Positions 34,866 to 42,443 of a DNA stretch of 45,085 nucleotides are shown here, one piece after another. The notes under the pieces were generated by a model that did not search any database, was not told where the DNA came from, and worked only from the letters and a program-made list of their open reading frames with translations. How positions within the stretch are numbered: the stretch's first letter is position 1; each line of letters begins with the position of its first letter. The translations under genes were made by a program, and so were the position numbers. Source of the DNA: Candidatus Altiarchaeota archaeon (GTDB lineage Archaea; SpSt-1190; DYHY01); the NCBI GenBank assembly GCA_030622515.1, contig JAUXGB010000001.1, forward strand, positions 1 to 45,085. The letters run 5' to 3'.

Positions 34866-35717
34866 ATGCGAATAGCATACTTCGAGTTGATGGGAAAAGA
34901 CCTCCCGGGCGGGATAGCTGGCGACATGTCAAACGCCTCAATACTGGACATGCTTCCCGACAATGAAAAGTTTGAGCTGATGGCCTATCTTGAGGAAAAC
35001 CTGAAGAAAATGCCCGGCCTTGAAAACGTTTCCCTTGTTGTCAGGGAGGAAGAGCGAAACGGCGAGAAGGGCACCAACATCAACTTTATATTTCTTGATG
35101 AATACAATCACAACCATCAACATGAGCACCATCACACCCATTACACTGACATAAGGGACAACATAGCTGGAAGCGAGCTTCCCGACTATGCAAAAAACTT
35201 CTCCCTAAAGGCGTTCGAGCTGCTTGCAGAGGCCGAGAGGAAAGCCCATGGCAAGGATTCGATAGACGAAGTCGCGTTCCATCAGGTCGGGGAAAGAGAC
35301 TCCATCGCGGATATTGTCGGTTTCGGCCTCGTTTTGAATTACCTGAACGAAAAAGAGCCGATAAAGGCAATCTATTCCTCGCCAGTCCCAATCAGCCACG
35401 GCAAAGTGCATGTTGGCCACGGCCACGGAGACGAGGACGGAAATATGGATGTGCCGGTCCCGGCTGTAATGCACCAGCTTGCCGATGAAAACACGAGGCC
35501 TGTAAATGTCGATGGGGAAATAGTCACCCCGACAGGAATTTCAATCATCCGCGCCACAATGCAGATAGTCAACGGCAAGGAAATCTACCTAGAGGCCAAC
35601 CCAATAACCAGCCCAACCCACTCAGGAGCGGGATTCGGTGACAATGTATATGAGAATGCAGGACCTCTCAGAGTTCACATAGGCGAGGCAGAGCAGCCTT
35701 TGTCAGCAGAGTCTTGA
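34866..35717 (+). CDS. larC: LarC-like nickel-insertion protein, N-terminal domain only
   Basis: LarC/DUF111 signatures GGIAGDMSNASILDML, His-rich NHNHQHEHHHTH, FHQVGERDSIADIVG, VPVPAV, GEIVTPTGISII and GAGFGD...GPLRV. Its 283 aa fall well short of the roughly 400 aa usual for full-length LarC. Confidence 0.8.
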   Translation: MRIAYFELMGKDLPGGIAGDMSNASILDMLPDNEKFELMAYLEENLKKMPGLENVSLVVREEERNGEKGTNINFIFLDEYNHNHQHEHHHTHYTDIRDNIAGSELPDYAKNFSLKAFELLAEAERKAHGKDSIDEVAFHQVGERDSIADIVGFGLVLNYLNEKEPIKAIYSSPVPISHGKVHVGHGHGDEDGNMDVPVPAVMHQLADENTRPVNVDGEIVTPTGISIIRATMQIVNGKEIYLEANPITSPTHSGAGFGDNVYENAGPLRVHIGEAEQPLSAES

Positions 35718-36151
35718 TGGGTGTCAGGAAGATACTCCGGCCTGTAAGCCTTAATGTCAATTACAGGAGAACTGTCAAACGCGTCCAGTCCCTTTACCCT
35801 CAAGGTGTTTCCCTCCACCCCAAGGACCTCAACAACACACAGCCCAATGGGGTTGGGCCGTCTTGGACTTCGCGTAGCAAAGCTGCCGAACAGTTCTTTC
35901 CCTTCCTTTACGTGATGAGGGAGGACCTGAACAGCGACCCGCTCCTTTTCACCAAGTTCATGCAGCCAGTAGAGGACAATGAGGTGCTTCACTTTCTCAA
36001 CACCAAGCAGGCCCCTCCGGAACTGGGGGAAAATTTCTATCTCTGAAACAACATCCTTAACATCCCTCTCAAAATCGTATCTGGTTCCCCTCTCTCTGGT
36101 GTAACCAGTCTTCACCACCCCTATCGGCTTCATCTTTATTTCCAACACCAT
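35675..36151 (-). CDS. trmO: TrmO/TsaA (YaeB)-family tRNA methyltransferase
   Basis: Signatures MKPIGVVKT, FATRSPRRPNPIGLCVVEV and GLDAFDSSPVIDIKAY. ATG 36133 is an alternative start. The 3-prime end overlaps the convergent larC-like gene by 43 nt. Confidence 0.85.
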   Translation of the reverse strand: MVLEIKMKPIGVVKTGYTRERGTRYDFERDVKDVVSEIEIFPQFRRGLLGVEKVKHLIVLYWLHELGEKERVAVQVLPHHVKEGKELFGSFATRSPRRPNPIGLCVVEVLGVEGNTLRVKGLDAFDSSPVIDIKAYRPEYLPDTHQDSADKGCSASPM

Positions 36152-36171
36152 CCAAACCCCCGCGATTGTTT

Positions 36172-37317
36172 CTAGTAATCTGCCCTCATCCCGCCGGAGC
36201 AGTTTAGGACGACAGTGTCTTCAGGAGCAATCTCCCCCTCCCCAACCAGCTTTTCAAGTCCCCCAAGGGCAATCATAGCCTCGACGCCGGCGTCCTCAAC
36301 ACCATCCTCCCTGTAAAGCCTCTGGAGCCTGTCAAAGTGCTTCAGTTCATCGTCCTTCCCCTCAAAAACGCTTTCAAAGGAGCCGCCATTTTCCTTGATT
36401 ATTCTTTTCAGGTAGGGATAAGAGATGTACAGCTTGGGATTTGCTATGCCAAGGGCATGGGTATCTGTTTTCTCAACAATTTCCCTCCCCTTCCATGCGT
36501 CTACCATTGGGCAGCACCCTCCCGGCTGGATGCAGTAGAGGCGGGGCACCGGCTTGCCAAGGTCCTTGTGCGCCTTGTAAAATGCATACACCCCGACCCC
36601 GCTCGCCACAGCCTGAACATAGGCGTCCACCTTGTCAAGCTTTTCAAGAACCTCGAACCCGATTGTCTTCATGCCTTCTATCCTCAATGGGTTGAAAAAT
36701 CCGTATTCAAGTGGGAGGCTCCTCTCCTTGGCAAACTCTCCGGCCGCCTCAATAGCTTTGTCAAAGGTCTCGCCCTCGACATGGGTTATGACATTTGGGC
36801 CCTCTACACCTGCCCTCTCCATCATCTTTTCCCAGCGTGGCACAGCATTTCCCGGAACATAAACATGAAGCTTAAGTGCGCCTGTCATAGCAGCCCCTCG
36901 CGCGTGAGCCAGCCCGCTGTCGCCTGTTGTGGCAGTGACAAGTTCATCGTATCCCAGCTCCCTGAGGCGTGAAAGCGTCATGAAAGCCTCCCTGTCCTTG
37001 AAGGTCTTTGTGGGCTGTGCTGATTCAACCTTTATGTAAAGCTCCTCCAGCGGGGCATCAGGCGATATCTCTTCAGCTATCGCCCTGCTCCTGATAAGTG
37101 GGCTGTCAACCACCTTCAGGTCAAGCGCATTGTCCAAATTGTTTATGGGAAGAAGGCTGTGGAACCTCCACACCGAATCTTTTGAGCTGTCAAAAAATTC
37201 ATCCGGCTTGTTGTACCTTATCTCAAGCAGCCCCCCGCACGCCACGCAGTTTCTCAAATACTCGTCCCTGTGGTTTTCTTCACCGCAGTCGACACAGACA
37301 TGATGGAATTTCTCCAA
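36172..37317 (-). CDS. threonine synthase-like PLP enzyme with N-terminal zinc ribbon
   Basis: CVDCGEE...CVACGG ribbon, PLP-lysine context PTKTFKDREA and TTGDSGLAHA. TTG start, with no in-frame ATG near the N-terminus. Confidence 0.75.
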   Translation of the reverse strand: MEKFHHVCVDCGEENHRDEYLRNCVACGGLLEIRYNKPDEFFDSSKDSVWRFHSLLPINNLDNALDLKVVDSPLIRSRAIAEEISPDAPLEELYIKVESAQPTKTFKDREAFMTLSRLRELGYDELVTATTGDSGLAHARGAAMTGALKLHVYVPGNAVPRWEKMMERAGVEGPNVITHVEGETFDKAIEAAGEFAKERSLPLEYGFFNPLRIEGMKTIGFEVLEKLDKVDAYVQAVASGVGVYAFYKAHKDLGKPVPRLYCIQPGGCCPMVDAWKGREIVEKTDTHALGIANPKLYISYPYLKRIIKENGGSFESVFEGKDDELKHFDRLQRLYREDGVEDAGVEAMIALGGLEKLVGEGEIAPEDTVVLNCSGGMRADY

Positions 37318-37331
37318 AGTTCATCACAGCG

Positions 37332-37347
37332 TTATAAAATTTTATAA
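37332..37347. promoter_or_regulatory. perfect 16-bp palindrome TTATAAAATTTTATAA (bidirectional TATA and candidate NikR operator)
   Basis: The sequence is self-complementary. It lies between the divergent thrC-like gene (TTG 37317) and nikR (ATG 37411). Confidence 0.55.
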
Positions 37348-37410
37348 AGGGCTAAATACCAACCCAAAGTAGCACGAAGAAGTTCCAGTCGTGTCACAAA
37401 GGTTGATTTT

Positions 37411-37854
37411 ATGAAGGGAATGACAAAAGAAGGGGATATGGGAAAGCTGGTCAGGTTCGGGGTTTCCCTGCCGGAAGAGCTGGTTGAGGAATTTGACAGG
37501 ACGATAAGGGAGGTTGGCTACTTCAGCAGGTCGAGAGCCATAGGCGACGCTATCCACACCTTAATTCTTGAGCAGGCATGCAAGAAAAATGGCGAGCTGA
37601 TAGCTACAATCTCTTTCATCTACAACCACGGCTCAAAGCAGGTGACAGACAGCCTGACAAAGCTCCGCCACAAGTACAAGGGGATACTTTCCGCAATCCA
37701 GACCCACGTGAACAAGGACGAGTGCGTTGAAGTTTTGATTGTTGAAGGAAAGCAGACCGAACTCAGAAGGCTGGTGGGCGAGATTACCGCCGTAAGGGGA
37801 GTTATCAGTTGCAGGGTGTCCGCCCTTTGCAAGCGGAAACGAGGGGAGAAGTGA
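37411..37854 (+). CDS. nikR: NikR-family ribbon-helix-helix metal-responsive regulator
   Basis: RHH N-domain LVRFGVSLPEELVEEFDRTIREVGYFSRSRAIGDAIH. ACT-like C-domain with NHGSK and THVNKDECVEV. ATG 37438 is an alternative start. Confidence 0.85.
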   Translation: MKGMTKEGDMGKLVRFGVSLPEELVEEFDRTIREVGYFSRSRAIGDAIHTLILEQACKKNGELIATISFIYNHGSKQVTDSLTKLRHKYKGILSAIQTHVNKDECVEVLIVEGKQTELRRLVGEITAVRGVISCRVSALCKRKRGEK

Positions 37855-37887
37855 GCATCCATCAAATCCCAACCAATCAGTAAGGCA

Positions 37888-38391
37888 ATGGCTCTGCGCA
37901 TAAGGTATGGGTTTGGCTCTCTTGAGGGAAAAGTCGAGAGGGGCGAGATAACAAGGGAGGAAAAGCAGAAATTGGAAGACGCTGTCAGGAATGGAAAACC
38001 GCCGGATGAAGAGTTCCTTCTTCACGTTTTTTCACCATCCACTAACTATATGAAACAGATAGCAAAGGAACTGGGAAAAGACACAATCTGGGACGAGGCA
38101 GTTATAGACAACTACTTCCTTGGTGGCCTTCACAACCGCCACGTTGAGACTGGCGTTTTTGGTTCCATGGGCAAGACCCAACAGGAACTCTGCAAGGTCC
38201 ACCTTGGCGAGATAAAGGAGATTTCTCAGGCAGGCAACAAAACATTCTACAAGGTTGCCTACAACGGCGGCTCACAAACTGTCTTTGCCGATTTTGTGCC
38301 AGATGCCAATCAAGGAGACAAAGTGGTAATTCACCAGTCCTATGCTGTAAAGATGGTAAATGGAAGCAGGGCGGCAGAGCAACCTATTTAA
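37888..38391 (+). CDS. uncharacterised protein with C-terminal HypC/HupF-like domain (paralogue A)
   Basis: 167-aa ORF. Its C-terminal segment ELCKVHLGEIKEI...YKVAYNGGSQTVFADFVPDANQGDKVVIHQSYAVKMV follows the HypC pattern, and the Cys is internal (residue 102). Confidence 0.65.
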   Translation: MALRIRYGFGSLEGKVERGEITREEKQKLEDAVRNGKPPDEEFLLHVFSPSTNYMKQIAKELGKDTIWDEAVIDNYFLGGLHNRHVETGVFGSMGKTQQELCKVHLGEIKEISQAGNKTFYKVAYNGGSQTVFADFVPDANQGDKVVIHQSYAVKMVNGSRAAEQPI

Positions 38392-38413
38392 GTTCCGAAA
38401 GGAGCCTCCCAGC

Positions 38414-39307
38414 GTGGACAAGAAAGGAATTGCGTTAATCTTCCTGACAGCCCTTATCAGCGGATTTGCAATCTTCATTAACAAGTTCGGCGTTGCAGTT
38501 GTTTCACCCGACGTCTTCACGACCCTAAAGAACACGACAGTCGCCTTCATGCTTCTCGCCTCCCTCTTCTACTTCGACAGGGGGAAGCTTGCTTCCCTGA
38601 CAAGAAAGAACTGGCTCTCCCTTCTCGCCATCGGCGCTATCGGCGGAAGCGTACCATTCATCCTCTTCTTCCGCGGCCTTGCCATCGCAACGGCGGCGAC
38701 AGCCGCCTTCATCCACAAAACCATGTTTCTCTATGTGGCAGTCCTCGCAGCGTTTTTCCTAAAAGAAAAGATTTCCAGAAAACTTTTGGCCGCAGCCGGG
38801 TTGCTTTTAGCAGGAAACGCCCTCTTCCTCAAGTTCACACCGGCCGAACTAACCATAGGAACAGTCATGGTTCTTGCAGCAACCCTCCTCTGGGCAGGGG
38901 AAGCAGTCCTCTCAAAGAAAGTGCTAAAGAAGCTTGACAGCTCAACAGTCGCTTTCGGGCGGATGTTTTTCGGCTCGCTGTTCCTTCTAGCTTACCTGAT
39001 AGCCACCAGTCAGGCTCCAGCAATCCTCACCCTTAACCAGTCCCAGCTTGGCTGGGTTGCTGTCACAGCCCTTTTCCTCTTGGCCTACGTAACCACATGG
39101 TACAGCGGGCTGAAAAGGGTTTCAGCTTCGACCGCCGCCTGCATCCTTTCCCTTGGCGCACCAATAACCACAGGGCTGAAAGTTTTGGCCGGAGCAGCCC
39201 TCCCCTCGCCTGTTCAGGCCTTTGGTGTTCTCCTGATTCTTGCCGGCGTCTCTTTCGCCATTCTCCACGAGGTGACCTGCCGTGAAGCGGCTCGGGTTGC
39301 TGGTTAG
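38414..39307 (+). CDS. EamA/DMT-family permease
   Basis: 10 hydrophobic helices in two EamA-like halves. GTG 38414 lies about 10 nt after AGGAG. ATG 38360 is the alternative and would overlap the upstream gene by 32 nt. Confidence 0.8.
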   Translation: MDKKGIALIFLTALISGFAIFINKFGVAVVSPDVFTTLKNTTVAFMLLASLFYFDRGKLASLTRKNWLSLLAIGAIGGSVPFILFFRGLAIATAATAAFIHKTMFLYVAVLAAFFLKEKISRKLLAAAGLLLAGNALFLKFTPAELTIGTVMVLAATLLWAGEAVLSKKVLKKLDSSTVAFGRMFFGSLFLLAYLIATSQAPAILTLNQSQLGWVAVTALFLLAYVTTWYSGLKRVSASTAACILSLGAPITTGLKVLAGAALPSPVQAFGVLLILAGVSFAILHEVTCREAARVAG

Positions 39308-39983
39308 GTTCTCAATGGCGCCAAACAGCCTTCACTACTGCGGGCCCCGGAAAGCTGAAAAAACTTTCAAAACCTATCTTAAGACCGGCAGGGGCGAAGC
39401 CAAGGTTAAACACCAGTTGAAAACCTTCGAAGGCCTCTATCCCTATCTCCGCCTGATTGGAAAAAGGAACAAAATGAGCCCATTCGACCAAAAGGTTGCC
39501 GAGGCCTACTGGATTGGCAACTCCCTGCTCCAGAAAGTCTCCCGCCTCGACCTGAGGAAAATGGTTCTCAGGGAGTTTCCCCTGCCGCGCTCAGTTGCCA
39601 AAGAGCTGGCCTACTCCATCCCGTCGCAGGCAAAGCCTCATCACTCATTCCACGTCTTTTACATCCAGTCAGTTACCGGACGGGTCAACCTTGGCTTGCT
39701 AACTGTCCAGAACAACTGCCGGATTGGCTGGGGAAAGGTGCTGAGGGCAGGGAAATCAGTTACCCTCTCCGCTCCCCATGTAAGCGCAGGCCCAAGACTG
39801 AAGCTTTCCCAGCCAAAAAAGCTTCGAATTGGCAACCAAGCCGGAATAAAGGCCTCTAAAGGCGATATTCTGGCCTTCCACTGGGGCGAGGCTGTCTCAG
39901 TTCTGACTAAGCGTCAGGCTAAAAATCTGGAAAAATATACAAAAATAGGCCTTTCCTGCGTGAGAAGGCCTACTTCTTCTTGA
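39282..39983 (+). CDS. uncharacterised protein with C-terminal HypC/HupF-like domain (paralogue B)
   Basis: 233-aa ORF with the C-terminal segment NNCRIGWGKVLRAGKSVTLSA...KGDILAFHWGEAVSVL. It shares the upstream motif (FDQKVAEAYWIGN vs WDEAVIDNYFLGG) with paralogue A. GTG start, overlapping the permease by 26 nt. Confidence 0.65.
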   Translation: MKRLGLLVRFSMAPNSLHYCGPRKAEKTFKTYLKTGRGEAKVKHQLKTFEGLYPYLRLIGKRNKMSPFDQKVAEAYWIGNSLLQKVSRLDLRKMVLREFPLPRSVAKELAYSIPSQAKPHHSFHVFYIQSVTGRVNLGLLTVQNNCRIGWGKVLRAGKSVTLSAPHVSAGPRLKLSQPKKLRIGNQAGIKASKGDILAFHWGEAVSVLTKRQAKNLEKYTKIGLSCVRRPTSS

Positions 39984-40257
39984 CGACTCTCATCCTCTTC
40001 TTGATTCGCGGGATTAGCTTGCCTGCAATCTTCTTCCTGAATCGTTCCAGCTTTGCTGCATTTTGGTACTTCTTCTTCGCCTTGCCTTTAGCCTTCTTGG
40101 CTTTTCTCAATATCTTCTTTGCAGCGCTGTTCGCCGTCCTCTTCTGCTTGTTTGCCCAGGAGAGGTGCTTTCTAAGCTGCTTAAGCTTCTTTGCTTTTGC
40201 AACAGCCTTCCCCGTTCTTACGAAAACCGCCCTTATAGTTGCTTGATTCTTGGCCAT
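39970..40257 (-). CDS. 95-aa extremely Lys/Arg-rich protein (candidate nucleic-acid-binding protein)
   Basis: ATG start with a TATA-like box (CGTTTAAAATTGG on the minus strand) centred 26 nt upstream. The sequence is non-repetitive, about one third Lys, and uses AAG-biased Lys codons like native genes. A Phe-rich ORF on the opposite strand is the competing reading. Confidence 0.55.
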   Translation of the reverse strand: MAKNQATIRAVFVRTGKAVAKAKKLKQLRKHLSWANKQKRTANSAAKKILRKAKKAKGKAKKKYQNAAKLERFRKKIAGKLIPRIKKRMRVVKKK

Positions 40258-40359
40258 AGTGGTTAGAATGCGGCTCCAATTTTAAACGTTAACTAATTTC
40301 TTTTATAAACTCAGCTCTAGCAAAGCTTAAATCCCTCCAATCTCCTTTCTATCGTTCTC

Positions 40360-40872
40360 ATGGGGAAAGTTCACCTTTACACAGGCCATGGTGGCGGCAA
40401 ATCCACCTCTGCGTTGGGTGTAGCCTTGCGAGCCCTTGGCCACAACTACAAAGTTATTGTAATCCAGTTTATGAAAGGCAGAAAAGAGGTTGGCGAGTAC
40501 AAGATGATGAAAAAATTAGGGCCAAAGTATGAAATCCACCAGTTTGGCACACAGCATTTTGTAAGCCTCAAGAAGCCAACCGAGGAAGACCGTAAGCGGG
40601 CTGCCGAGGCACTTGAGTTTTCCAAGAAAGCCCTCAGGCGCAAACCCTTTTTGTTAATCCTTGACGAAATAAATGTCGCCTGTGCAGCCGGGCTAGTCGA
40701 CACAAGGGACGTCCTCAAACTGCTGAAAAGAATTCCAAAGAGAACTTCTGTTTACCTGACAGGCCGCTACGCGCCAAGGGAGCTAATCAAGCGTGCCGAC
40801 TTTGCAACCCAGGTAATGGACCTTCACCGACCAAGAATAGGTTCCTACGAGGGCAAAGGAATCGAGTGGTAA
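40360..40872 (+). CDS. cobA: CobA/CobO/BtuR-family ATP:cob(I)alamin adenosyltransferase-like protein
   Basis: 170-aa ORF with P-loop-like YTGHGGGKSTSALGVALRALGHNYKVIVIQFMKG and LLILDEIN. Confidence 0.75.
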   Translation: MGKVHLYTGHGGGKSTSALGVALRALGHNYKVIVIQFMKGRKEVGEYKMMKKLGPKYEIHQFGTQHFVSLKKPTEEDRKRAAEALEFSKKALRRKPFLLILDEINVACAAGLVDTRDVLKLLKRIPKRTSVYLTGRYAPRELIKRADFATQVMDLHRPRIGSYEGKGIEW

Positions 40873-42141
40873 CTATCTTCTATGCATATAGAAATAGACA
40901 ATTAGGCCTACAGCCAGAATCGCCACCTGCAATAGCCATGTGTCAAGCGCAAAGGTCGAAAGCATGTAGCCACAGCTTAGCAGCCCGATAAAAGCAGGAA
41001 CCGGGAACCACCCGATGTTCAATGGAGCCCTGAAGTATCCCCTGACCTTCGGCTTGAAGTACCTGTGTCCAAGCAGGGCAAGGTTGACAAAGGCAAAAGT
41101 CAGGAAAGCCCCAACATTTGTAACGCTTGCAACATATTCAAGGGATTCAGAAAACGCCCAAAAGAGGGAGACAGCTGAAACAATCAGGATGGCAACATGA
41201 GGCGTCCTCCTCGCCCGATTTACAGCACCAAGTATCTTTGGCAACGACTTGTTTTTCGCCATCCCGTAAATCATTCTTGAGCCGGCGATTGCTGAAATCA
41301 GGATAGTACTTCCTGTTGCAAAAAGGGCGACAATGGCAAGCAGGGTCCCGGCTTCAGGAAAAGCTTTCGAAGCCGCTAGGGCTAGCGGGGCTTTGGAAGC
41401 CCCAATCTCCTCCCAGCCTGCAAGGCTTACAGTTGAGATGGCTATCGCAACATAAATCAAAGAGGTGACAATAACCGAGATAATTATTGCCTTTGGCATC
41501 ATCTTCCTGGCATTCTTTGCCTCCTCAGCAACGTTGGCTATGTCGTCAAACCCAAGGTAAGCGAAGAAAATCAGTGCGGCTGCGCCAATCAGGCCGCCAA
41601 CCCCGTGCGGCATCTCAAAATAGTCCACACTCCCGAGGCTTGGCATCCCTATAACGAAAAGGAAAATCAGCCCCCCAACCGTCACCAGCGTCAAAACGGC
41701 GTTCAGCTTGGCGCTTTCCCCTATGCCGGCAAGTGCAACAGCTGTGATAAACAAAATCATCAAAACCGCCCAGATATTGGCGCTGAAGAACGGAAGCAAG
41801 CTCCCGAGATAGTTCCCGAAAGCTATCGAGACTGCCGAGAGGGTGAAAATGCTTACAAAAATTGTTATCCATCCGACAAGAAAGGCGAAAAGCTCGTTGC
41901 CGTAAGCTTTTTTGACATAAACATACTCGGCAGCGGACTTGGGATAGAGGGAGCCCAGCTCCGCAAAGCTGAAACCGGTTAATGCGGCAATAAATGCGCC
42001 AATAAGGAAAGCCATCCACGTGGCGTTCCCCCCAAGCGCAACCGCAGGGCCAATAAGGGCGTAGATGCCGGCGCCAACAATTATCCCAACCCCGTAAAGA
42101 ACCAAGTCAAGGAGGCTCAAGTTCCTCTTCAGCCCAACCAT
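40873..42141 (-). CDS. APC-superfamily amino acid/polyamine permease
   Basis: 12 hydrophobic helices and an N-terminus MVGLKRNLSLLDLVLYGVGIIVGAGIYAL typical of APC transporters. TTG 42159 is an alternative start. The stop abuts the cobA-like stop with 0 nt between them. Confidence 0.85.
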   Translation of the reverse strand: MVGLKRNLSLLDLVLYGVGIIVGAGIYALIGPAVALGGNATWMAFLIGAFIAALTGFSFAELGSLYPKSAAEYVYVKKAYGNELFAFLVGWITIFVSIFTLSAVSIAFGNYLGSLLPFFSANIWAVLMILFITAVALAGIGESAKLNAVLTLVTVGGLIFLFVIGMPSLGSVDYFEMPHGVGGLIGAAALIFFAYLGFDDIANVAEEAKNARKMMPKAIIISVIVTSLIYVAIAISTVSLAGWEEIGASKAPLALAASKAFPEAGTLLAIVALFATGSTILISAIAGSRMIYGMAKNKSLPKILGAVNRARRTPHVAILIVSAVSLFWAFSESLEYVASVTNVGAFLTFAFVNLALLGHRYFKPKVRGYFRAPLNIGWFPVPAFIGLLSCGYMLSTFALDTWLLQVAILAVGLIVYFYMHRR

Positions 42142-42161
42142 GTTCTTTTCTGACAGCAACG

Positions 42162-42175
42162 CCTATAAAAAAAGC
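42162..42175. promoter_or_regulatory. single A/T element shared by divergent genes
   Basis: CCTATAAAAAAAGC lies about 24 nt from ATG 42191 (+) and about 28 nt from ATG 42141 (-). Confidence 0.45.
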
Positions 42176-42190
42176 TCGCCTCACAGGGAC

Positions 42191-42415
42191 ATGAAACCCT
42201 TCCCCAAGCCAACTTGGCTTAAAGCCGCTTTTGTCGGGCTAATTGCATTTTTCGTAACCCTCATAATAAATTCCATAATGACTTACCTGCTCAACGGGCG
42301 GGTCATAGGGAGCGTTGTTCTGATTTCCTCAACCTTTGTCGGAACCCTCTTCGCCGTCTTCTGGAAGTGGAAAATGGGCCAGCTTTACCTCCTCAAGCAG
42401 GCAGTTGAGAAATGA
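42191..42415 (+). CDS. small two-helix membrane protein
   Basis: 74-aa form from ATG 42191, with a TATA-like box about 24 nt upstream: MKPFPKPTWLKAAFVGLIAFFVTLII... Confidence 0.5.
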   Translation: MKPFPKPTWLKAAFVGLIAFFVTLIINSIMTYLLNGRVIGSVVLISSTFVGTLFAVFWKWKMGQLYLLKQAVEK

Positions 42416-42443
42416 ATTTAAGGACAGTAGGCCTCCAAATCCT

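Noticed and set aside
39980-40246. 88-aa TTG-initiated hydrophobic ORF on the plus strand, overlapping the stop of ORF B
   Set aside because: About a quarter of its residues are Phe, and its codons are the complement or offset of AAG-rich codons. It has no ATG. The opposite-strand Lys-rich ORF has an ATG plus a TATA-like box. Kept as the less likely alternative rather than fully excluded.
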